Of a stretch of DNA of 58,338 nucleotides, positions 40,188-50,655 are shown piece after piece; position 1 is the stretch's first letter, and the number at the start of each line of letters is the position of its first letter. The position numbers and the translations under genes are program-made. The DNA lies in assembly GCA_045580245.1 (NCBI GenBank), contig JAZNNL010000010.1, positions 1 to 58,338 of the forward strand, read 5' to 3'. Origin of the DNA: Lachnospiraceae bacterium. Its GTDB lineage: Bacteria; Bacillota; Clostridia; Lachnospirales; Lachnospiraceae. Under the pieces are notes generated by a model that had not been told where the DNA came from, did no database searches, and worked only from the letters and a program-made list of their open reading frames with translations.

Positions 40188-41405
40188 TCACTGGGACAGA
40201 TAATTCCACGGGCTCACATATTGCCCGTTAAGCCGCACACCAAAGTGCAGATGGGGACCGGTAGAACGTCCCGTGGAGCCTACCGCTGCTATGGTTTCCC
40301 CTTTCACCACAATATCGCCGGTTGAAACATATAATTTGGACGCATGCATATAAATTGTATACAAATCGTCACCATGGTCTATCATGACATAATTCCCCAT
40401 GGAACTGCTATAAGCCGCCGCAACTACCTTGCCGTCGTAGGCCGCATAGATATCCGTTCCCGTAGGGGATGCCAAATCGATACCGTTGTGGAACTTCTCC
40501 ACATGTAATGTAGGATGCATACGCCAGCCGTACTCACTGGAAAGTCTGGTATAATATGCCAGCGGAAACTTAAATTGTCCGCCATCATAAGTCAATAATT
40601 TCTGGTTTTGTTCAATCAGCTTGCGTTTTTCTTCCGCAATGGCAGCTTCCAGGGCTTCAATGATTTCCGTTTCCTCCCGAATATCTGCTTCATATGCTTC
40701 AATGGAATCTTCTTTCACTGCAATATCTCTTTCGTATTCCAGAATGGTGGCTTCTTTTGCCGCAATCAAATCTTCCAGCGCTGCCTGTTCCGCTTCTTTA
40801 CCGGCTTTTGTTTCCTCAAGCAATGCCTTATCCGTCAACAGCTGTTGCTCCAAAACTTCAATCAGCTGACGGTTTAAAATATACTGATCCAGCATATTTT
40901 TATCATATGCGGAAATCTGCTCCAGATATTCTACCCTGTTTAACATGTCGCTGAAACTGGTGCCGGAAAACAGAATCTGGACATAGGAAGCTTCCCCATG
41001 TTCATAGATATATTGGATGCGCTCTACCATATTGGTATACTGCTCTGCTTCGGTTTCCCTGGCAGACTGTAACTCCGCCTGGGTTTCCGTTATTTGATTT
41101 TCTTTTTCCGCAATCTGGGTTTCCAATGTGTCAATATGGTCGATAATTGCCGTTAACTCACCGTCCAGCTGCGTGATATATGCATTCAAATCCTTTTTCT
41201 GGGCTTCCAGACTTTCTTTGATTTCCTTTGCATCCGTCAGGGAAGCCTGTAATTTTTCTCTTTCTTCCTCTGCCTGGGCAATCTGCTCTTCCTTCTCCTG
41301 AATACTCTCAGATGTTACATTCGAAGCAGAAACCAAAGACGCATGCCCTGCCAGCATCGACACCGATAACAATAGTGCCACTGCCGTTACCAATCGTTTC
41401 TTCAT
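40188..41405 (-). CDS. Coiled-coil M23 peptidase (EnvC/CwlO-like partner of FtsEX)
   Basis: Signal peptide, long coiled coil, HNGID, YMH and STGPHLHF. Confidence 0.92.
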   Translation of the reverse strand: MKKRLVTAVALLLSVSMLAGHASLVSASNVTSESIQEKEEQIAQAEEEREKLQASLTDAKEIKESLEAQKKDLNAYITQLDGELTAIIDHIDTLETQIAEKENQITETQAELQSARETEAEQYTNMVERIQYIYEHGEASYVQILFSGTSFSDMLNRVEYLEQISAYDKNMLDQYILNRQLIEVLEQQLLTDKALLEETKAGKEAEQAALEDLIAAKEATILEYERDIAVKEDSIEAYEADIREETEIIEALEAAIAEEKRKLIEQNQKLLTYDGGQFKFPLAYYTRLSSEYGWRMHPTLHVEKFHNGIDLASPTGTDIYAAYDGKVVAAAYSSSMGNYVMIDHGDDLYTIYMHASKLYVSTGDIVVKGETIAAVGSTGRSTGPHLHFGVRLNGQYVSPWNYLSQ

Positions 41406-41423
41406 GTATCTTTCTGCCTCCGA

Positions 41424-42320
41424 TTAAACGCGCAAATGTTTTCTTACTGTATGGAAACTTCCGAAAAAGCCGATTCCTATGCCTATGACAAGGGATACCG
41501 GTACCAGCACGGTAAAAATATCTTTCACGCTTAAGAAATTCAGGATATGGGAAAGGAACCCGAATTCCTCCAGCACATAGGTAATTACTTTGGTATATGC
41601 AAAATAAATAATCGCCAAAGGAATGACGGAACCAATGGCACCGATAATCATACCTTCAATCACAAAAGGTGCACGAACAAAGAAATCCGTTGCCCCGATA
41701 TATTTCATAATGCCGATTTCTTCCTGACGCACGGAAATACCAATGGTCACCATATTGCTAATCAGGAACACGGATACCGCTAAAAGAATCACTACCAGTC
41801 CCAGTGCCACATAGGCAATAATCATATTCACACCGCTTAAAGCTTCCGCAGTGCTTTCCTGATAATTAATCAATCTGATATCTTCAATGGACTCCAAATA
41901 GGTAACCAGCGTACTCTGTTTAGCCACATCTTTTAAAAAGATTTCATAATTATCATGATGTTCCAGAGGATTGGTCGGAAAACCTTCTGCCTCACCGTTA
42001 AAATAAGTTTCCTGCACATATGCCCAGGCTTCTTCCCCGGACGTATACTTCACATCAGCCACTTCATCCCTGATACGGATCAAATCACCGATTTCCGCAA
42101 TACGGGCATCCGTGGTCTCTTCGTAGAAAAACACCGTAACGGACATATTGCCCTGTGCAGTTTTTACGATATGCTGGAAGTTCATCACTACCGCATACAA
42201 AATACCAAACAAAAACAGACAGGTGGTAATGGTAGCAATACTTGCCAGGGAAAACCACTTGTTTCTGAATATACCCTTAATACCCTGTTTGAGAGTATAA
42301 ATCAAAGTACTAATCTTCAT
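41424..42320 (-). CDS. ftsX: Cell division permease FtsX
   Basis: Four TM segments; EEIGIMKYIGATDFFVRAPFVIEG. Confidence 0.94.
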   Translation of the reverse strand: MKISTLIYTLKQGIKGIFRNKWFSLASIATITTCLFLFGILYAVVMNFQHIVKTAQGNMSVTVFFYEETTDARIAEIGDLIRIRDEVADVKYTSGEEAWAYVQETYFNGEAEGFPTNPLEHHDNYEIFLKDVAKQSTLVTYLESIEDIRLINYQESTAEALSGVNMIIAYVALGLVVILLAVSVFLISNMVTIGISVRQEEIGIMKYIGATDFFVRAPFVIEGMIIGAIGSVIPLAIIYFAYTKVITYVLEEFGFLSHILNFLSVKDIFTVLVPVSLVIGIGIGFFGSFHTVRKHLRV

Positions 42321-43053
42321 CGATATACTCTCCTTCCTCTTCGTCACTTACAATTACGCCCTTTTTCATAGTGATAACGCGCTTTTGCATTGCATTTACG
42401 ATTTCTCTGTTATGGGTTACCACCACAACCGTAGTACCGGCTTCGTTGATTTCTTCCAATAACATCATAATTTCCCATGAGTTTTTAGGGTCCAAGTTAC
42501 CGGTAGGCTCGTCTGCCAGAAGAATGGCAGGTTTATTTACCAGTGCCCTTGCAAGCGCCACTCTCTGCTGCTCCCCGCCGGAAAGCTGCTTGGGTTTCGC
42601 TTTATACTTCCCTGCAAGTCCCACGGTGGAAAGAATATTGGGCACGTTTCTGCGGATTTCCTTGGTAGGAACCTCCACAATTCTCTGGGCAAACGCTACG
42701 TTTTCATAAACATTTCTGTCCTTTAACAGACGGAAATCCTGAAACACAATACCTATATTGCGGCGGAATTTGGGAATCCTGCGATGAGAGAGTTTCGCCA
42801 CATCATGTCCCATTACCCACACTTTACCGTTGCTGGCAGTCAGTTCCCGCAACAAAAGTTTAATCAATGTAGATTTTCCGGAGCCGCTATCTCCGACAAT
42901 AAATACAAATTCTCCCTTTTTAATGCTGAGGGAAACACCGTTTAAGGCCGGTGCACCTGCAGAGTATACCTTACTTACCCCATCCAGATAAATCAGACCC
43001 TGCTCTTCTATCATCTTCTCTCGTTTTTTTCTGTTTTCCTCTTTACGTGACAT
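42310..43053 (-). CDS. ftsE: Cell division ATP-binding protein FtsE
   Basis: GDSGSGKS, IGIVFQDFRLL, LSGGEQQRV and ADEPTGNLD; start uncertain. Confidence 0.94.
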   Translation of the reverse strand: MSRKEENRKKREKMIEEQGLIYLDGVSKVYSAGAPALNGVSLSIKKGEFVFIVGDSGSGKSTLIKLLLRELTASNGKVWVMGHDVAKLSHRRIPKFRRNIGIVFQDFRLLKDRNVYENVAFAQRIVEVPTKEIRRNVPNILSTVGLAGKYKAKPKQLSGGEQQRVALARALVNKPAILLADEPTGNLDPKNSWEIMMLLEEINEAGTTVVVVTHNREIVNAMQKRVITMKKGVIVSDEEEGEYIDED

Positions 43054-43069
43054 TTCTGACCCCTTATGA

Positions 43070-44155
43070 TTAATATTCAAAAGTTTCCATGTACTTCATG
43101 TATTTTACTACCATCAACGCAATTTTAAAGGTAATGGCATCTTCAAACACTCTCAAATCCAGCCCGGTACTCTTCTGCAATTTATCCAGACGGTAGACCA
43201 GCGTATTACGGTGAATAAATAACTGTCTGGAGGTTTCCGAAACATTTAAGCTGTTTTCAAAGAATTTATGTATGGTAGTAAGCGTTTCTTCATCAAATTC
43301 GTCAGGACTCTTACCGCCGAAAATTTCTTTGATAAACATTTTACAAAGCGGAATGGGCAACTGATAAATCAGACGTCCGATGCCCAGTTCACTGTATGCA
43401 ATCACATCTCTTTCATCAAAGAAAATCTTTCCTACATCCAAAGCCATCTTTGCCTCTTTGTAGGAGCGGCTCACTTCTTTGATTTCATGCACAACAGTAC
43501 CGTATGATATATGTACGTTTTTCACGCCCTCTTTTTGCAGGTAATTTTCCAAAGCCCTTGCCGCTTTTTCAATTTCCTTATTGCCTTCGCCATCCGACAG
43601 TTCTTTTACTACCACTACGTTATTTTCATCTACTGCGGTAATAAAATCCTTGCCATTGCTTCCCAGATAGGTTCTGGAAAGTTCCAATGCATTATTATCC
43701 TTGCCGTTTTCAGATTCCACAATCATAACCACACGGTTTACATCTGTCTGGATATGCAGTTTTTTTGCACGGCTGTAAATATCCACCAAAAGGAGGTTAT
43801 CCAAAAGCAGATTCTTAATGAAGTTATCTTTATCAAAACGCTCTTTATACGCAACCAGTAAATTCTGTATCTGGAAAGCTACCATCTTGCCTACGGTATA
43901 TACGTCTTCTCCGCTTCCGCCTGCAATCAACACATATTCCAGTTGCTGTTCATCAAATACTTTGAAATACTGATAGCCCTGAATCTCCTGAGAATCCGCA
44001 GGAGATAATGCAAACTCCACAGCCTGTTTGGAACAGTTGTCCATATTGACGGTGGCCGCAACTTCCTTTCCCTCGGTATCCATTACACAGAATTCTACTC
44101 TGGCAATTCCTTTCAAACCTTCGATTGTGTTTTGTAATATCTGACTTGAAATCAT
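43070..44155 (-). CDS. CdaR/PucR family transcriptional regulator
   Basis: GGDEF-like middle region and a C-terminal HTH (NSLNVSETSRQLFIHRNTLVYRLDK..TGLDL). Confidence 0.9.
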   Translation of the reverse strand: MISSQILQNTIEGLKGIARVEFCVMDTEGKEVAATVNMDNCSKQAVEFALSPADSQEIQGYQYFKVFDEQQLEYVLIAGGSGEDVYTVGKMVAFQIQNLLVAYKERFDKDNFIKNLLLDNLLLVDIYSRAKKLHIQTDVNRVVMIVESENGKDNNALELSRTYLGSNGKDFITAVDENNVVVVKELSDGEGNKEIEKAARALENYLQKEGVKNVHISYGTVVHEIKEVSRSYKEAKMALDVGKIFFDERDVIAYSELGIGRLIYQLPIPLCKMFIKEIFGGKSPDEFDEETLTTIHKFFENSLNVSETSRQLFIHRNTLVYRLDKLQKSTGLDLRVFEDAITFKIALMVVKYMKYMETFEY

Positions 44156-44396
44156 CCGCTTACTCCTTTTGTAAAAAATGCCAATGAAAAAACCACTTTC
44201 AAATGGCTCTATGCGCATACTTATTTTTCATTTTAATTCATTTCTACAAAAAAATCTACTACAAATATATACTTTTTTATGCAATTTTCATGTTTTTATT
44301 TTTTTATACTAAAATTTGCGAATAGACAAACTAAACAAAAGAATTGCCTGTTACTGCTCCGAAATACGTTTTGAAAGTCCCGGCAGTTTGTCAAAA

Positions 44397-44434
44397 AAGG
44401 ATGCCTGCCAATTTATTGAATTGGTAGCATCCTT
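44397..44434 (-). terminator. Terminator after araC
   Basis: AAGGATGC-CTGCCAATT...AATTGGTAG-CATCCTT, with a T-run on the minus strand. Confidence 0.6.
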
Positions 44435-44444
44435 AACCCTAAAA

Positions 44445-45299
44445 TCATCCTTCTGTTCCATAAATTTCTGATGGGCGAAAACCCAAATGCCTTTTAAAGC
44501 AATTGGAAAAATAACTCACATCTGCATAACCGCATTTCCATGCAATATAGCGGATTTCTTCCTTCCCCTCTTTCAGCAATTTTATAGCCAGTTCCATACG
44601 CAGTGCCTGTACATATTTTGTAAAAGTAAGTCCGGTCACTTTCTTAAATTGTCTGCAAAAGTATGTCTCATTATAGCCAAACTGTAAACTGATATTTTGG
44701 GGCGTAATCTTATCCGTAAAGTGTTCATTTACGTACTTTACAATTGCATAGAAACCCTTATCCGTTTCCGCTGAAGTTCTTACTGATACCGTGCCATACC
44801 GATACAGTATCCCCAGAATTTCATAGATTTTTCCTTCTGCCTGCAACGGATGATACCCCTCATCTTCCTTAGCAATTTGGATAAGTTGTTCCATTGCATG
44901 TTTTAAATGTGCATCCTCTATAACCCGTGGAAAAATAATATCCCCTTTCCATATCGGACGCAGATATTTGTCCGAAGCAGGCGTCTGATTGCAGAATTTT
45001 TCCACATCAAACATAATTGTATGGTATTCTACCCCGGCACAACCTGCAATACCGCCATGCATTCTGCGTGGAGCACTTATTGCTATCTGTCCGGGTTTTA
45101 CCTCAAAATGTCCTTCCTCCGAATAAAACATCAGGCTCCCCGAAACTATCAGATTAATTTCCATCCTGTCATGCCAGTGCATTTCAAAGCACATTCTTTC
45201 AGTATTTACACTTTCATGCAGATATTTGATTGCATTTTCTCCGTATACCACCGGAACAAGCTCTTTATATGAGTCCAGCATATCAGTCCCCCACACCAT
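44445..45299 (-). CDS. AraC family transcriptional regulator
   Basis: Cupin HWHDRMEI and HTH CGYADVSYFSNCFKR; divergent from the sugar genes. Confidence 0.9.
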   Translation of the reverse strand: MVWGTDMLDSYKELVPVVYGENAIKYLHESVNTERMCFEMHWHDRMEINLIVSGSLMFYSEEGHFEVKPGQIAISAPRRMHGGIAGCAGVEYHTIMFDVEKFCNQTPASDKYLRPIWKGDIIFPRVIEDAHLKHAMEQLIQIAKEDEGYHPLQAEGKIYEILGILYRYGTVSVRTSAETDKGFYAIVKYVNEHFTDKITPQNISLQFGYNETYFCRQFKKVTGLTFTKYVQALRMELAIKLLKEGKEEIRYIAWKCGYADVSYFSNCFKRHLGFRPSEIYGTEG

Positions 45300-45521
45300 C
45301 CTTCACATTTTCATCTACTAATTGTATCACGCCCTACTGTCACTTGATTGTATAATTTTGCTCTCTGCTTGTAAATTTTTTACCTTTATGATTTCATCTG
45401 TTATCACGTAAATATTTTACAAGAATAAGTTCAAATCTTTTATTTTCAAACCACATTTCCCTGCTAACATAATAACAACAGAACTTATTCACCCAAAGCT
45501 AAATATGATTGGAGGTATATT

Positions 45522-46357
45522 ATGCAAATCGGAACTTGTATTTACTTTTCTTCTATGGACGGCATGGCAGAAAAGCTGGCTATCCTACGTGATAACCACT
45601 TTGATTCCTGCCAACTTATATCCTGGAGTCCCAATGCCTGGACAGTCGAAAATGCAGTTACCTTAAAAGCCCTTTTTGAAAAATACGGCATCACCATTTC
45701 CGCATTCTGGTGCGGCTGGGAAGGTCCCTGCGACTGGAATTTCTACACCGGTCAGCTGACTCTCGGGCTTGTACCGCCCGAATACCGCACCATGCGTATT
45801 AAAAATCTCTGTGACGGCGCAGATTTTGCCTTAAAACTTGGTGTTACCGATATAGTAACCCACATGGGCTTTATCCCTGAAAATCCCTATGATCCTAACT
45901 TTAATAGTTTCTGCGTAGCAGTAAGGGTAGTCGCAACCCATTTAAAACAAAACGGGCAATATCTGCTGTTTGAGACCGGACAGGAAACTCCGGTAACCAT
46001 GGTACGTTGTTTTGAGACTGTAGGCTGTGATAATCTGGGCATCAACCTTGACACCGCAAACCTGATTCTCTACGGAAAAGCAAATCCGGTCGACGCACTG
46101 GACGTATTCGGAAAATATGTAAGAAACCTCCATGCCAAAGATGGATGCTATCCTACCAACGGTCACGACCTGGGATGCGAGACCCGTATAGGAGAAGGCA
46201 AGTGGATTTCAAAGGTGTTTTCCAAAAACTGCATGCATTGGGCTATCATTCTTACGTAACCATTGAGCGTGAAATCTCCGGCGACCAGCAGTTAGTTGAT
46301 ATTCTGGAATCCAGAGAATATCTGCAAACAATTATTGATGAAGTTTATGGTAAGTAA
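45522..46357 (+). pseudogene. Sugar phosphate isomerase/epimerase (AP-endonuclease-2 TIM barrel) with a 1-bp frameshift near 46200
   Basis: FETGQE, NLDTAN and HAKDG in the first frame; ..IGEGK then continues in another frame as VDFKGVFQKLHALGYHSYVTIEREISG. Confidence 0.82.
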
Positions 46358-46378
46358 ATTACCGGAAAGGAGTCTATT

Positions 46379-47323
46379 ATGTTAAAAATCGGATTAATTG
46401 GCGTCGGTGGTATCAGTGGTGCACACATCCCTGTGTGGGAAGCAATGGAAGATGCAGAATTAGTGGCAATGTGTGACATTCGTCCCGAATGTATGGAACC
46501 TTATCCTGACAAGCACCACTATACAGACTTTGATGAAATGTTAGAAAAAGAAAAACTGGATATCCTCGATATCTGTCTACCTACTTATCTGCACGCAGAC
46601 TATGCCATCAAGGCCATGGAAAAAGGAATCCACGTAATCTGCGAAAAGCCTATTTCCTTAAAAGAAGAAGATGTAGAACGCGTTTACTCCACTGCCAAAA
46701 GAATGAATGTAAAATTCATGGTTGCCCAAGTACTTCGTTTCTGGCCTGAATATGAATTGTTAAAAGAACTTTATGATACAAAGAAGTACGGCAAACTCCT
46801 GTCCGGTTATATGAGCCGTCTTGGTGCCTGTCCCAAATGGAGCTGGGATAACTGGATGCAAGACCCTGCACGCAGTGGTCTGGTCCCCTACGATTTACAT
46901 GTACATGACCTGGATTTTATGGTATATGCTTTTGGTACCCCCCTTAATGCACAGAATCATCGTTCCAAAAGGCCCGAGCAGGACTATATCAGCGCCACCT
47001 ATTCCTATGAAGATTTTTTTGTTACCACCGAAGCAGCCTGGTATGCAGCACCTTTACCCTTTGGCGCAGGATTCCGTTTCCAGTTTGAAGATGCACTGAT
47101 TACCTATGTTGACGGAAAATGTATGATTTACTGCGGTGACGACGCCATCATAGACTTGTCCACTGAAGCCACAGGCGATACCGGTTCCATTAACCTGCCA
47201 AAGAGCAATGCCTACGCAGAAGAAATCCGCTACTTTACAGATTGTGTGCTTACAGATAAATCTCCGGACAAAGTAAAACCGAAAGAATTAGAAACCGTTA
47301 TCCGCATTTTAAATAACCTGTAA
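46379..47323 (+). CDS. Gfo/Idh/MocA family oxidoreductase
   Basis: IGLIGVGGI, ICLPTYLH, CEKP, DLHVHDLD. Confidence 0.92.
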   Translation: MLKIGLIGVGGISGAHIPVWEAMEDAELVAMCDIRPECMEPYPDKHHYTDFDEMLEKEKLDILDICLPTYLHADYAIKAMEKGIHVICEKPISLKEEDVERVYSTAKRMNVKFMVAQVLRFWPEYELLKELYDTKKYGKLLSGYMSRLGACPKWSWDNWMQDPARSGLVPYDLHVHDLDFMVYAFGTPLNAQNHRSKRPEQDYISATYSYEDFFVTTEAAWYAAPLPFGAGFRFQFEDALITYVDGKCMIYCGDDAIIDLSTEATGDTGSINLPKSNAYAEEIRYFTDCVLTDKSPDKVKPKELETVIRILNNL

Positions 47324-47347
47324 ATACCACTAAGAGGAGAATGTGCA

Positions 47348-48598
47348 ATGATTGTAAGGAAGATAAAACCGGAAGAATGGAAACGAACGGAAGAATTGTT
47401 TTCCTTAGCTTTTTGTTATCCATATGACTGTGACAAAGAACCGCTGGAACTCTACAAAGAAAAAATGGCAAATCCCGAAGCAAGGGAAGTCGCAAAAACC
47501 TTCCACAAATATGCCGCATTTGAAGATGACGATAAGACTATGATGAGTTGCATGTCAGCCATTCATTTTCCTATCAATTTCAACGGAAAAGACGTTGTCA
47601 TGGCCGGCATCGGTGACGTTTCTTCCATACCTGCTTACCGCAGACGTGGCGGTATCCGCGCTTGCTTTACCGAAATGCTGCCGGATTTATATGAATTAGG
47701 GGTAACCTTTTCTTATTTGTATCCTTTTTCTACTTATTTTTACAATAAGTTTGGGTATGGTATGGGTGTCAAAGCCAATGTGTATGAACTGTATCTTTCC
47801 AGAATCCCTCGATATTCTACAACCGGAAAATGTATTCTGGCGGAACCGCACAATGCGCAGACATTGCTAAAAGATATTTCCACGGTTTATGAAGTATGGC
47901 AGCAGAAATATAACGGTATGGTAAATAACAGTCTCTTAGAATATCAATTTGTTACAAATTCTAATCCCTGCAAAACTCAGGAGTTTTTATATCTCTATCG
48001 AAGTGCTGACAGCTCACCAAAAGGTTATATTTCTTTCCACAAAGAGAAGCAGGATGGTGACCAGCTTTTAGTCTGTACCAAAATAGTATTTGTAGATGCA
48101 GAAGGACTTATGGGCCTGTTGGAACTGGTGGCTTCCTATGCCGCAAATTACAGAAGCATCCGTTTTACCATACCGGAAGACATCGAAATCGAAATGGCCC
48201 TAAAAGAATTATCTTTTGGTGCATGCAAATTGGAACATTCTTACACAGGCATGGTCCGTGTCATTAACGTAGAAAAAGCGCTTTGGTTATCTTCCTATTG
48301 TGGAAACGGCAATATTGCTTTACGGATTACCGACCCCTATATTAAATCTAATAACGGTATCTTTTCCGTAAGTTATCAAGATGGAAAGGCTGTAGAAATA
48401 AAACACTCTCCTCTTGAAAACAACATAAATTCCGACGCAATTATCATGCACATTGACCGTTTTTCCGAATTCATTTTCCAAAACCGGTCTGCAGGACATT
48501 TTCTATATTGCCAAGAACAAAGTTTGACCGCCAAAGATATCCGGATTCTGGAAGAGTCCTTTATCCGGAAACCCTCTTTCCTAATGGAACACTTTTAG
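47348..48598 (+). CDS. Eis-like GNAT acetyltransferase
   Basis: GIGDVSSIPAYRRRG, YLYPFSTYFYNKFGY, MVRVINVE and an SCP2-like C-terminus. Confidence 0.85.
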   Translation: MIVRKIKPEEWKRTEELFSLAFCYPYDCDKEPLELYKEKMANPEAREVAKTFHKYAAFEDDDKTMMSCMSAIHFPINFNGKDVVMAGIGDVSSIPAYRRRGGIRACFTEMLPDLYELGVTFSYLYPFSTYFYNKFGYGMGVKANVYELYLSRIPRYSTTGKCILAEPHNAQTLLKDISTVYEVWQQKYNGMVNNSLLEYQFVTNSNPCKTQEFLYLYRSADSSPKGYISFHKEKQDGDQLLVCTKIVFVDAEGLMGLLELVASYAANYRSIRFTIPEDIEIEMALKELSFGACKLEHSYTGMVRVINVEKALWLSSYCGNGNIALRITDPYIKSNNGIFSVSYQDGKAVEIKHSPLENNINSDAIIMHIDRFSEFIFQNRSAGHFLYCQEQSLTAKDIRILEESFIRKPSFLMEHF

Positions 48599-48625
48599 TC
48601 AATTTTATACATATAACATAAACAA

Positions 48626-48650
48626 AGCCCCGTCCGTAATGGACGGGGTT
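48626..48650. terminator. Terminator hairpin between convergent genes
   Basis: AGCCCCGTCC-gtaat-GGACGGGGTT. Confidence 0.6.
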
Positions 48651-48712
48651 AATTCTAAACATGCTTTATAAAAAGAATACCTACATTCTCTTTCTAACTT
48701 TCTTTTCGGTTT

Positions 48713-48904
48713 TTATACTCTGAAATCAAAATTACCGCCTACTGCAGGATTTACGGAACGCTCCATGGCAGCCGCATCAATCATCTCTACCATACCGGCA
48801 GCCAGGTTTTCTGCGGTTTCCATCGTATTATCCAAAACTGCGGTTCCTACTTTGTTGCTGATATTAATCTGCGCCAACGCCATTGATACACCGGCTATAT
48901 CCAT
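48713..48904 (-). CDS. YjfB-family putative motility protein
   Basis: MDIAGVSMALAQ..VGTAVL..MERSVNPAVGGNFDFRV; AAGGAGG RBS. Confidence 0.8.
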   Translation of the reverse strand: MDIAGVSMALAQINISNKVGTAVLDNTMETAENLAAGMVEMIDAAAMERSVNPAVGGNFDFRV

Positions 48905-49023
48905 ACCGATACCTCCTTTACAAGATGATATTCTTCCTACATACATTATAGCATGTCTTACAGGTTTTCTGCAATCCCCAAATCAGCCAAATTCTTTCAA
49001 TCAGCACCCCGCCTTGTCCCTGT

Positions 49024-49857
49024 TTACAACCTGCGGATTGCTTTTTCCTTAATTTCTATCATGCCTTTTTTCAAAAGATGCCCCACCGCACGTTTAAATT
49101 CATTCTTACTCATCTGCATTTCCCTGCGGATTACCTCCGGTGAAGCCTTGTCATTAAAAGGCAGTACCCCGTCAAAGCTCTCTATCACTTCCAGCACTTT
49201 TTGGGCATCCGTTTCTATTTGCAGGTAAGCCTTTTCGCGGATACTTAAGTCCAGCTTCCCGTCTTCCTTCACGCCGGTGACCCTGCAGGTAACGGTATCG
49301 CCGATTTTTACCTCACCATACAGTTCCTTCTTGGGAATCAGGCCGGAGTATTTGTCATCCACTGCCACAAAAGCGCCGAATTCCGGACTGGTTTCATAAA
49401 TGCATCCGGTGACTTTATCGTCCTTTCCATAGGGGCTGTCAGTTGACAAATACGGGTATACATTCATAGTTGCACACAGTCGTTCACTTTTATCAATGTA
49501 CAAAGAAACCAAAGGCGTATCGCCCTGTTTTACACGGTATGTCTGTTGCTTAAAGGGCAAAAACAAATCCTTTTCCAGTCCCCAGTCCAGAAATGCGCCG
49601 AACTTGCTGAGCTGGGCCACACGCAGTCTTGTTACTTCACCCATTTTTAACAGTGGCTCGTGCACCGTTGCAATGATTCTGTCCTTGGAATCCTTGTAAA
49701 TAAAAACCTCTATTTCACTGCCCGGTGCCACACCTGCAGGCACCTGTTTTGCAGGAAGAAGCACTCTCTCTTCCGCTTCAGCAGACTCTGCCAGATAAAC
49801 ACCGAATTCCACTTTCTTTACTACCTGTAATACTTGTTTTTCACCCAGTTTCATCAT
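49024..49857 (-). CDS. cvfB: CvfB-like S1 RNA-binding protein
   Basis: Repeated S1 domains (FGAFLDWGLEKDLFLPF) and a C-terminal winged helix (MSKNEFKRAVGHLLK). Confidence 0.88.
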   Translation of the reverse strand: MMKLGEKQVLQVVKKVEFGVYLAESAEAEERVLLPAKQVPAGVAPGSEIEVFIYKDSKDRIIATVHEPLLKMGEVTRLRVAQLSKFGAFLDWGLEKDLFLPFKQQTYRVKQGDTPLVSLYIDKSERLCATMNVYPYLSTDSPYGKDDKVTGCIYETSPEFGAFVAVDDKYSGLIPKKELYGEVKIGDTVTCRVTGVKEDGKLDLSIREKAYLQIETDAQKVLEVIESFDGVLPFNDKASPEVIRREMQMSKNEFKRAVGHLLKKGMIEIKEKAIRRL

Positions 49858-49912
49858 TTCAAAAACCTTGCCTTTCCGTCCCCGCAGTTCTTATTCTGCA
49901 ATATCATGTTCT

Positions 49913-50644
49913 CTATTTCTTACAGCATCCCCCGAATTCCACATTTGCATAAACATTGCCCTTTTCATCCTTTAGGGATACGATTTTCTTTTCCGAACCA
50001 TCGCCGCTTATTTCACCGGCTACATAGGGAATCATTACATCCTGTAACAATGCCTGCTTTTTATATTCTGCACGCATTTTATTTATACAAAATCCTTCAG
50101 GCAAATGCTCCATTGCCATGCGCACATACTGCACATTATTCACATGATTATTGGTGTCAAGATGCTGCTTTCTTACTACAATTTCTTCCTGTGCCACCGC
50201 ATCTGCAGATATTGTAATTTTACGCCCTACCGCATCCATCGGCAGTTTTTCTTCCAGCACATATCTTTCCAGCATCTGCTCCGTGGGATGTTTGGGTCTG
50301 AAATGTTCTGTATCAAGCAAAGTCCACATGGTATTGGCTTTTGCAATATAGTTGCCCTGCTCATCAGTCATAAAGAAATTACGGTAGCCGAAACACCCCT
50401 TAAATTCATAGGGAAACGTACCGACATTTACCTTTTCTGCCAGCTTAGGAAACCGTGTAATCTCTATCTGCCAGGAAGAAAGCACCCATACCATCTTATT
50501 TTCTCTTAAATACGCTACGCCCAGCCCTAAATCTTCGGAGTGAAAGGTAGAACAGTCCTGAAAATAATCCAGCAGTCCTTCCAGACTCAATTTCCCCTCA
50601 CTATCCGTCTCACTGTAGCGGATTCTACTGTCAAAACTATACAT
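49913..50644 (-). CDS. Acyl-ACP thioesterase
   Basis: RIRYSETD..YFQD, WVLSSW, HLDTNNHVNNVQY. Confidence 0.9.
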   Translation of the reverse strand: MYSFDSRIRYSETDSEGKLSLEGLLDYFQDCSTFHSEDLGLGVAYLRENKMVWVLSSWQIEITRFPKLAEKVNVGTFPYEFKGCFGYRNFFMTDEQGNYIAKANTMWTLLDTEHFRPKHPTEQMLERYVLEEKLPMDAVGRKITISADAVAQEEIVVRKQHLDTNNHVNNVQYVRMAMEHLPEGFCINKMRAEYKKQALLQDVMIPYVAGEISGDGSEKKIVSLKDEKGNVYANVEFGGCCKK

Positions 50645-50655
50645 ACATGCTCCTT

